From the NCBI GenBank assembly GCA_964187785.1, contig OZ076409.1:80478001-80538000 (forward strand): a stretch of DNA of 60,000 bases. Direction: 5' to 3'. The first letter of the stretch is position 1. The number at the start of each line of letters is the position of its first letter. Shown here in pieces: positions 26,299-36,159 of the stretch. Source of the stretch: Amphiscolops sp. MND2022. Lineage: Eukaryota. Position numbers and translations under genes: made by a program. The notes under the pieces were generated by a model. That model saw only the letters and a program-made list of their open reading frames with translations. It was not told the DNA's origin and did not search any database.

Positions 26299-29200
26299 AT
26301 GACTGACAAAGAAGAAAAACCAAAGCATTTCGTCAGAATTCGAGCAGCACACCGTGGTGGTGCTACAAAATTGACAGCAAAACTAGACACACTTTTACTC
26401 AAAGCTGAAAGTATACAGTTATCAGCTAACGACAAAAAAGAATTAGCGAACATAAAGAAAACACTTGAGATGAAATTGAAACATCTAGCTTTATACGATC
26501 AGCAAATCGAAGAACTGATAGAAGACGAAGACGACCTCGATACAGAAGTTTACAATTGCTTGGAACGAACCCAAAGATATGTCGGCTACTTGGAAAAGAT
26601 CAAGAACCTTGAAGCGCCACCGCTGCCTTCGCCTACGTATACGCTGATCCTGACATCGTCACCTGTTAGTTCCTCGACTTCAAGACAATTCAATTTGCCA
26701 AAACTAGAACCTCATACTTTCAATGGAGAGTACATGCAGTGGACTTCTTACTGGGATCTCTTTGACGCCTCAGTACACAAGAATACCTCGCTCACTAATG
26801 CTCAGAAGCTACAGTGTCTTAAAAGACCGCTCAAAGTTGAGAGTGTTTCGAAGCTCATCAGTCACTTGTCAGTCACAGACGCTAATTACGATACAGCAAG
26901 AAAGATCTTGGAGACAAGATATTCAAATAAGCGGCTCATTGTACGCAGTCACATTCAAGCAATGATGTCCTTTCCTCCTCTTACACAAGAAAGTGCCGAA
27001 TGAACTCGTCAGCTGTTGGAATGTTTTCAAGAGACGCACAAGCATTAAGTACCCACACATCTCAAGTTCCACTCTGGGACACTATACTGGTCTGGGCAAT
27101 CAGTGAAAAGCTCGACAGTAACACTCGCAAATGCTGGAATTCGCACGACCGGGGAACAATTTCCAATTACTCGAAGACGTTATGAAGTTCCTCGATGAGA
27201 GAAGCAGCGCACTCGAAGATCAAAACATCAGCAGCAGTCAGGGTGTGCTCCCCAGTCAAACAACAGATAATACAAAGCAGCAGACAAAATCAACCAAGTT
27301 GCAACCGAAATCCGGTCTATGGAAAGAGCCAGTTTCTGTATCTACGAAATACGGCAAAGGTCAACAACAAAAAGCTTATCACAGCTCCAGCGGAAATTGT
27401 AACTAGTGTGCCGAAATTCATCTCATCTACCACTGTCCTAGCTATAGCGAGATGAATAATGACGACCGGATTGCAGTTATCAAGAAGAAGAAGTTGTGCT
27501 TCAACTGCCTTCGCGCGAATCACTCGACAAAGGACTGTACGGGCCAATCTACATGTAGAAAGTGCAATGGTGAGCATCACACAACTATTCACAGAGAACA
27601 AAAAGCGTCGAAGTCCTCGAATCCTGCATTAGAGGAAGCTTCGGAAGCTGATCAAGCCTCATACGCTCTGGCTGGCTTAGCCCAGCAGTCGCAAGTTGTC
27701 TTAGCAACGATTGTACTTGCCATCAAAACTCCGACTGGGAAAGAGATTCTGTGTCGTGCATTCTTGGACTCGGGCTCGCAAGTTAGTTTTATTACTGAAT
27801 CTTGTGTCCAGCTATTAGGTCTACCCAAAAATCGTACAGAGATGACAATGACCGGAATAGCAAATTCAGGGAGCACACTCAAAACACTCAGTAGATGTAA
27901 CAATTGGTCGAAACTCAAATATTCAATTCTCTGCAAGTGTTCTTTCAAAGTTGACAAAAGACCTGCCGAACGGTCTAATTGATACTACAAAGCTTACACG
28001 AACCAAAAATCTACGAATGGCTGATCCAGAGTACTACAAGCCCTCAAAGGTTCACATTCTACTCGGGGCTGACATCTGTGAACAACTAATGCTAAGCGGA
28101 AAACTCGAAGAAAGAGATAAATTATTCCTGCGTGAAACATTGTTTGGATGGGTTTTGATTGGCAGGGTCAACAGCACAGTGCAGAAAGCACCTATTCAGT
28201 CATACCACGTTACGTCTCAGGATATCCATTTCGACTTTAAAAAGTTCTGGAAATTGGAAGAGCTACCTGAAGCGTCAAAACATACGGCAGAACAAAAGCT
28301 ATGCATGGAGCACTTCACTGAGACGACAACGAGGGAAGAAACAGGCCGCCTTGTGGTTCAGATGCCCTTCATCCCAGCAAGCACTCCACTTGGCAACAGT
28401 TTGACACAGGCAGAGAGAAGATACAAACAGTTAGAAACACGTTTGAAGCAACACCCAGAAACAAAGAAGGGTTACTCCAAATTTATCAAAGAATTCATCG
28501 AAGTAGATCACATGGAAATCATACCTGAGGAAGAAGTTCCAATTGAAGAAGAGAGGTCCTACTATTTACCACATCTATGCGTCTTCAAAGACGAAACCAG
28601 CAAGACAAAACTGAGGGTAGTTTTTGAAGGATCGATCCAAAAGCGACATATTCGACATACTACTGCGTTTTCAATTCCACGCAATAGTTCTTTCGGCCGA
28701 CATTGAAAAGATGTATCGCCAAACTGCACTCAGCAAAGAATCTAAGGACTACCACCGGCTTCTTTGGAGGTTCAATCCTGAAGAAAAAATAGGTCATCTT
28801 CGTCTTGCGTGTCATCTATGGCGTGCGATCTTCAGCCCACCATGCCAAATTAGCCCTACAAGAAACTGCGACTTTAAGCCAGGTTCAGTAGCGAATTCAA
28901 GCTTCCTACATGATTTCATTGTAGATGATCTAATAACAGGGGCAGACACAATCGAAGAAGCAATTCATCTTCAGGATGAACTTCTTGACATCCTTCACCA
29001 AGCAGGAGTTCCATCGCGGAAATGGACTTAAAACGACATCAGGCTAATCGGAAGACTAACCGAGGACTTGAGAGAAACCAAGGAGTAGGTTGATCTAGAC
29101 AACGACGAAAAGACAATCAAAACGCTTGGGATAGTTTGGTACCCCAAGATGATCAATTCCAATTCAAATACAAAGGAAGCTACCAAGAACCTTCTAGCAA

Positions 29201-31327
29201 GCGTGTTTTTTTCTCGGAAATTGCTAAGGTCTATGGCCCACTGTCGTGGATAGCTCCACTAACAATTAGACTCAAGATCCTGATGCAACAAACATGGACT
29301 CGAGGATTGGACTGGGACGACTATCTCCCAGAAGACATGCAATTAAAATGGAGAGAACTCGACTCAGAACTTTCCGAATTGCCACAAATCTTCATCGATC
29401 GGCCAATCGGTGCCGTAGTTACCTCTGATATACAACTTCATGTCTTCGTAGATGCTTCGGAATCAGCGTACGCAACTGCTCTGTACGCAAGAGTTACAAA
29501 CTCAGAAGGAAAAATTTCATGGAAGCTCATTACCGCCAAAACCAGGCTTGCACCTATAAAACAAACCACTGTCCCTTGCCTTGAGCTCTGTGCAGCTCAT
29601 CTAGGAGCAAACCTGATGGAAACTTCTTTGAAAGCAATCAGCAAATCAAGGTTTACAATCAATCAAATTTTTTCGTGGACTGATTCAATGATTGTTCTGG
29701 CGTGGCTATCAGATCTTCCAAGACGATGGAACTGCTTCGTTGACAACTTCGTAGCAAAGATTCAAGAGATACCTCCACCAGATAAGTGCAAACATGCCTC
29801 ATCTCAGGACAACCCAACCAATTGTGCTTCGCGAGGAACAAGTCTTCAACAACTGAAGAATGAAGACCTCTGGTGGAGGGGACCGAATTGTCTCGCATGC
29901 CCTCCCACAGAATGACCTAAAGTTCCGGTCGTCAGGGTAAAAACATGCCTGAAGAAAAGAGGAGCTTCGCTGGATACCAACAAACAAATCAATCAGTCAT
30001 TGAAGTGAACCATTTCTCAAGTTTCAACAGACTTGTCAGGACCATGGCAACTGTCCTTCGTGCAGTAGACGTGATGAGAAAGCGTCATCATCAATGCTCA
30101 GATCCGTTCACGGTGGAGGAATTAAGTTCTGCACATAACTCTCTCGATCAAGGAACATCAATCAGTCAACTTCGTCAAGGAAATCTCAGAGCTTACCAAC
30201 AACGGGGAGGTTGGAAAGAAGAGCTCACTTAAAAATCTGTCCCCATTTTGGGACTCAATCGGCCTCCTTCGCGTAGGGGGAAGGCTCTCGCAGTCTGAAT
30301 ACAGCGTTGACAAACGCTTTCCAAATCTGATCGAAAAATCAAGCCACCTCGCTGGGTTACTAATTAGTAAATCTCATCAAAGTCTTCATTCAGGAACGCA
30401 GCAAACCCTAGCTACACTTCAGCAGCGCTACTGGATCATCAATGGTTGGAGCCAGGTCCGCAAGTACGTGAGAAGCTAGGTAAAGTGTTTCAAATTTGCC
30501 TCAAAACGATGTGAGCAGAAAATGGGTGACCTGCCAGAAGAACGAGTAACTCCTTCAAGACCCTTCACATTCACAGGAATCGACTTTGCAGGTCCTCTCA
30601 CTATTAAAGGAATTACAAAAAGGGATGAAAAAGCTTTCATAGCCCTCTTCGTGTGCTTCAGCACTCGAGCAATACACTTGGAGTGTGTGTCAGACCTCTC
30701 AAAAGAAGCTTGTCTAGCTGCAATTTGAAGATTTACAAGTCGCAGAGGACTTCCAAACACCATCTACAGCGACAATGCGACAAACTTCATTGGGTCTCGC
30801 AATGAGATACGGGAAATCCAGCAAATGCTTCAGTGTGACAAGCAAAGCTTACTTAAGAGGTTAATGGCCAATCAAGGTGTGCAGTGGGTGATGATTCCAA
30901 CCCGCGCTCCCCACTTTGGTGGCTTGTGGGAAGCCGGTGTAAAAAGTGTCAAACGGCTCTTAAGAAGACAGATGGGCAATAATCGGCTTAATTTTGAAGA
31001 ACTGACAACTTTATTGGCTCAAATTGAAGCAGTTCTCAAGGCCAATCAGGATGATGAGCACCGACCCACAAGACTCGCAAGTTTTAACACCTCGGCACTT
31101 TCTCATAGGCGGCCCGCTCAGAGCTCTCCCAGATAGGGTCGTCAATGATTCCCGAGCGAACCGTTGAAGCGGTGGAAGCTAGATCAGTTTTTCTAACTAG
31201 CCCGAGAGACCAAAACTTTCACTGGAAATGACGATCTTGTAAGAGTTGTGGAAGTGAAGAATAATGGGAAATTTTACTCCAGACCTTTTTCTAAATTACG
31301 AAAAATACCTATACAAGTTACCGATTG
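26299..31327 (+). pseudogene. BEL/Pao gag-pol polyprotein, frameshifted
   Basis: gag LPKLEPHTFNGEYMQWTSYWDLF; CCHC knuckles CFNCLRANH and CRKCNGEHH; protease FLDSGS; RT ADIEKMYRQ and FIVDD; RNase H LHVFVDAS; integrase GIDFAGP, SDNATNF, GGLWEAGVK. Confidence 0.95.
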
Positions 31328-31360
31328 AAAACAGCATGGCATTCTAACTTTGTAAACTAG

Positions 31361-32639
31361 TCACCTGGATGAACCAGCGACATCACCCCTCCTGATTCCC
31401 ACAGCAGCATGGTGCGACAACTTCTTGTACCTACTTTCCAATTCTTTCTCTTCGATTGACAACTCAGACACCGTGAGCCAACACGAGACCCTCTCCTTGC
31501 AGTTAGTGAAGACACTGTGAACCCAACCATAGGCTGGTATAGGCTCTCCCCCTCACGCTGAATGTCAGCAAAGAAGCGCTTGCCATCCTTCGATCTCATC
31601 TTGGACTGTATCTCCTCCATAGTGGTGCTTTGACCAGCTCTCACGGCTTCGGGCAATAAGTTCGATTTACTAAGTTCGAATTTGAACTAGTGCAATAAGT
31701 TCGAATAGGAATAGTTTCGAGACACCAAGTTCGAATTTTCATATCGGGCTTATCCGGTGTCAAGAATAAAATATTACCTTTCGTAAATGTCTCAGAGAAT
31801 TTTCAATACTTTCCCTTTCTAATTTGGGGCAAATCCGGTGTATGCACGCTCGCCCTCACCGTCACAAAGAGCAGCTTCCACTACGATCGCTTCGCGATCT
31901 CCGTTACCGCTAAGTCTTTGCTCCTGTTCGACCTCGCATAGCAAGATGGGAACATAAGCGGCCCCAAGGGGCCGCGGGGCACTAGATGGAATGGAGAAAT
32001 ATCAGAGGCACGTTTTATACTTAGTTCAAAATTCGAACACAGTGATTCGAACCTGTTCCGGTTTTTGGAAAATTCGAACTTAGTCCATTCGAAATTAAAA
32101 ATTCGAACTTATGCATTCGAACTTATTACCGTGCCCCGCTCTCACAAGTCTCAGAGTGTCGCGGCTTCCTGGTCCCTGATCAACCACAGCTTTTCTCCGC
32201 CAAACAAGGTTCCGATGGCATCGTGCGGTGGCTTGATGTCTTGATGAAAAGCTCTGTAACCACATCCCGTCAAGCCCAACAAAAAATGGTTGATCAACAT
32301 CTGTCCAGGCTATTCACCAGATGACACTATTCCACTGGGAAATGGCGCCAGGTTTTCTATTACATGAGTTTCACCGAACACCTTGTCTTCAAATTCCTGT
32401 CCCTCTGGTTGTACCGGGTACCTGTTCACAATTTCATCTCTTGGTGTTATTTTCACTAGATCCTCGCTGTTGAGCTGGTGTACTCCCTGGGTAACGATCT
32501 GTGGTACATCTCCAACGATATCTTCCTCCACTGTATTGGCCCGTGTTATAGCAGCTGCCTCCCATCTGCACGCCTCACACTCCTCGAACATCTCCCTCAA
32601 CACCTTCGGTCCATCGGTCTTTTTCGAACGAGTATTCAC
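31361..32639 (-). pseudogene. Antisense JmjC-domain (2OG/Fe(II) dioxygenase, KDM2/KDM7-like) ORF inside the BEL element
   Basis: After removing the MITE and one TSD, and reading through 1 stop and 2 frameshifts: HFLLGLTGCGYRAFHQDIKPPHDAIGTLFGGEKLWLI/GPGSRDTLRLVRAGQSTTMEEIQSKMRSKDGKRFFADIQREGESLYQP/YGWVHSVFTN. FHQD at 32249-32238, GWVH at 31528-31517. Confidence 0.8.
31644..32138 (+). mobile_element. 495-bp MITE with 6-bp TSD, TTCGAA-repeat arms and the shared core
   Basis: TSD CTCTCA at 31638-31643 and 32139-32144. Imperfect TIR CGGCTTCGGGCAATAAGTTCGA vs CGGGGCACGGTAATAAGTTCGA. Confidence 0.85.
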
Positions 32640-34553
32640 TTCGCAATCTGAAATTATTTATTCATCTATATAGTCCAAGGCGGGGAGTGTTACGATCTTA
32701 ACACAATTCAGTTCATACATTTCATTCTCAATGAATTCTTGAAATGCTAGTCTTAATCTTTGTATTGAAAAACGTTCTTTCACGTTTTGTTCACATGTTT
32801 TTGATTTCCCTCCATATAGCTTTCTCTCTTGTTAGAAAACAGTTTTGTTCAATACTTGAATTGATTCTTGAAACTAACAATGAGAATTCTAGAATTTTAT
32901 TCAATAGATTTGTTACTGGTGTTGGTAATAACATTCAGAATAGTGATAGCTTGCTTTCAATTCCAATCAACTATTTTATCAATAAACAAAACTTGTTCAT
33001 ATATGGTACCCCATATGCTTTTCAAATATAAGTTTCAATGAATGTTTTCACGGGAATCTCAATAACAGGTTGTCATCTCAATAATGTCTATGACATTACT
33101 CTACCAGTCTTTGAAAAAACTTCCCCACGGGTTTTTCTGCCACTTGCCCAAAAAGTAATTGTCCAAGCGTCTGTTTTGGATTCAAAAACTGGCAGCAACT
33201 CTTCGGCTCCAAATAAAATCTTTGAATATTCCCTTTTTATCTCCAAATAATTTTTTCTTTTGCCACATATCAATTTATTCTTTGTGGGCCTTGATCGGTG
33301 ATGATAATTGACATCAGACGTCAGCGATTCTAACTAAACTTCGTCACAGTGCTGGAAGTTTCTGGGGAGTTTGCAAAGACGGGCTAGCTCACTGATCAAC
33401 TTCTTCGATCCGTAGGTTCGTTTTCGCATCAATCTGCGAACCACGACTTGTCACCATGTAATGACTCGAGCGGTTAGGCAAAATTGTGGAAACAATATAA
33501 GAGTTCTAGAATTTTATTCAATAGATTTGTTACTGGTGTTGATAGTAACATTCAGAAGATTGATAGCTTGCTTTCAATTCCAATCAACTATTTTATCAAT
33601 AAACAAAACTTGTTCATATATGGTACCCCATATGCTCTTCAAATATAAGTTTCAACGAATGTTTTCACGGGAATCTCAATAAAAAGTTGTCATCTCAATA
33701 ATGTCTATGACATTACAGGTAGCGACAGAAACTTCCATTCTGTTTCACTTGGTAAAACTCATACCGTTCAGCAATCTCAATAGTTTTTTGGTTCCAAGTG
33801 CTTCTTCATGGCCTCTTTAATATCCTGGTACCTCTTTGCCGATTGTAAATTCGGAGCCAGTAATGCCTTTATCTGTGAATATGACTCATTCCCCACCACG
33901 GTGAGAAAAACGGTCATACCTGATGTCGGGTGCGTTCCATCGATTACGTTGTCTTCCACTTTCTTGGCTCTGGCTAAAGCTTCGAAACGTTCCTGCCAAT
34001 CAGCAGTTGCTTCACGCTGCCATGGCATCGATTCAATGCAATGATCCTTGTTGATTCTGTACGTTGTAACCAGAAATAAGGTAATCAGAATCTTGAATTT
34101 TCCCTGTCACCAACTGTGGCATATCCTCAAGATAACGTGAATATCTTAGCTTAAATTAATAAGCAAACACCGGACATACAATACTCTGGAACATACAACG
34201 TTTACAACATATCCATAACAAATACACCACAGTTATCAGCGTCTTGCGGTACAGTGTACAATCACAACCTAGCTAAGATGGATGTCCTCGAAAACTTCAG
34301 CCCAAAAGATATCGAAATTATATTATCACAAGCAAAATTCCTTCTAAAGTACAGCACAGCAAATGACTCATTCGCCGCAGCACTGCGGAACTCGAATAAC
34401 AGGATAACTAATATCATTCACGCGAGTCATCGAAACTTCCTCCGTGTTACGATCAAGGAGCTCAATACACCAAACTCGTATGCTCAGTCTTCAGAAAGGA
34501 AGTATGAAGAAAGAGACTTGTTAACACTTGGCATCTGGAAACTGGTATTCCCG

Positions 34554-35397
34554 TTTTTAATATTTCTGCTTTAGCAGGAATGTTATTGAAATCCGAAAAT
34601 GTCTACTTTTTTCAGTACAATTCTTGGGACGATACTGAATAATTCAGATATTTTGTTAGGCAGTTACGCGTGAGAATTGAATTCCTCAAGCTGCCGACGA
34701 CAATTCAATTCTAGTGCGATGGAACGAGCGAGTGGTAATTATCCATTCGTATACTGACGTCATTGAGATGAAGCGAGCGAATGTTCGTAATTATGCTTTC
34801 GTTGCCCCGAGTTATTGAGATGAAGCCAATGAGTGTTAATTATTCGTTCACGGAGAGCTTCGCCTGCATTCAAATGCGAATGCGAAACTTCGTCTACGCT
34901 TAGTAGTTATATTTTCTTTAGTCCGAGAAGAATTAAAGGCGGTGTAAACTTGGATTCCGTACCAAATAACGTGAGAGCAAATAACATTTTAAAAAATTAG
35001 TTTAAAATAACAAAAATGAAATCTGTTTCAAATAACATAAAAATAAAACCGAATGCCCGATTAAACAATCGAACTCACGAAAATTTATCTGTAATTTTCA
35101 TACTTTTTTCAGTGAATCTTTTGAATTGTGAATGATTTTGAGCAGTAAAACTTTCTTAAACAATTTTATTTTTATGTTTAGTGAAATTCATTTCATTTTT
35201 ATGTTATTTGAAACTAATTTTGTTTTTATGTTATTCTTATGGGGGATGTTATCTGGGATTTCACCGTAAACTTGTACAGTGATTAATTGTGCGCTAAATA
35301 ATGATTAAACAAGAGTGTATTGGTATTCCAGATATGATTCTTTTATTATTGAAAGATTAAAGCAGAAATAGTACTGAGCCCCGGAGGGGCCTATTTT
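34554..35397 (+). mobile_element. Helentron-associated non-autonomous element, copy 2, with nested MITE
   Basis: Same subTIRs and 3' hairpin as 171-652, in opposite orientation. Confidence 0.75.
34952..35265. mobile_element. 314-bp MITE with GG...CC termini and 8-bp TSD (Merlin-like)
   Basis: TSD GTAAACTT at 34944-34951 and 35266-35273. The empty site is seen in the 171-652 copy. AAATAAC/GTTATTT subterminal repeats. Confidence 0.75.
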
Positions 35398-36159
35398 CCC
35401 AAAATGGTTCAATAAATCATTCACCAAATTGGCTATAGAATTGTTGACCAACCAATGTAATTTGAATGATTTCCAATACAGGATTTGGAGGATGGCATCC
35501 CCTCTATGTATATGGTACAGAAGAAACTTCAAATCATTACATATTCCATTGCAGATTCTACAGAAACCTCAGGAAAGACTATACACTTTGATAGGTGTCA
35601 AGACCTACTAAAAGACCGCAAGAAAGATAGGTATGAACTGGCCACTTTTATCGAGGAATCGAGAAGGTTCAAGCCGTAAACAGAATGAAGAGACGCTAAG
35701 TACCAATTGACTCGATATATTAACTGAACTGAGACACCTAAATTGAAAGCCTGCAATTAGGCTCTTTTTAGAAAAAAATGTTAGTTTTCTTTGGACTCGA
35801 GGTTTTAATTTATTGATGAGAAACATGGAACTCAAATAGAACTCGCGGTACGAACCGTACGCACTGTACCAATTTCTGGGTTACTGGTATTTTGCCAACA
35901 TTATGTTTCTTTTTTTCCTTTCTCAGATGACATAGGTCGTCGTGATTTATCTTGTGCCGTATATTATGTATCTTGTTAAACATAATTCCTTTCATGGAAT
36001 GAAATCTCATGTTCCCAAGACACAGTTCGGTCAAAAATCTCATTTCAGATGTGTTTTCCTCAATGGTGTTTCCTCAGAATGTTATTTTTCAGAGCGATTG
36101 ATGTGCAGGAGTTATAAGGATCTTCGTGTTATCTATTGCCTCGCACAGTGTTTAGAAGA

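Larger units (their letters stand above)
26039..32879 (+). mobile_element. Two-LTR, decayed BEL/Pao retrotransposon
   Basis: 192-bp LTRs 26039-26230 and 32688-32879 with 5 mismatches by eye. PBS TGGTCCGCCGACCCGGAC; PPT AAGGCGGGGAG. TSD ATAAG/ATGAG, and the empty site ATAAG is visible in the other TRIM LTR. Confidence 0.95.
25994..33717 (-). mobile_element. TRIM-like non-coding LTR element (~260-bp LTRs, ~355-bp interior); left LTR split by BEL
   Basis: LTRs are 25994-26038 + 32885-33100 and 33457-33717 (TGTAATG...CATTACA). TSD GGTAG at 25989-25993 and 33718-33722. Minus-strand PBS TGGTGACAAGTCG abuts the right LTR. Confidence 0.85.
23250..34231 (-). mobile_element. Internally deleted Ty3/Gypsy LTR retrotransposon hosting nested insertions
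   Basis: LTRs 23250-23362 and 34115-34231 (TG...CA). TSD GTTAT at 23245-23249 and 34232-34236. Minus-strand PBS TGGTGACAGGG and PPT AGGGGGAGGAA. gag (WQERFE...FLTVVGNESY; LRDRFVLGV; CSFCGRKH), protease end (PLLGTD), RT start (SSEWATPIV), integrase (DNGPAF...SNGLVERFVGTFK). Confidence 0.9.
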
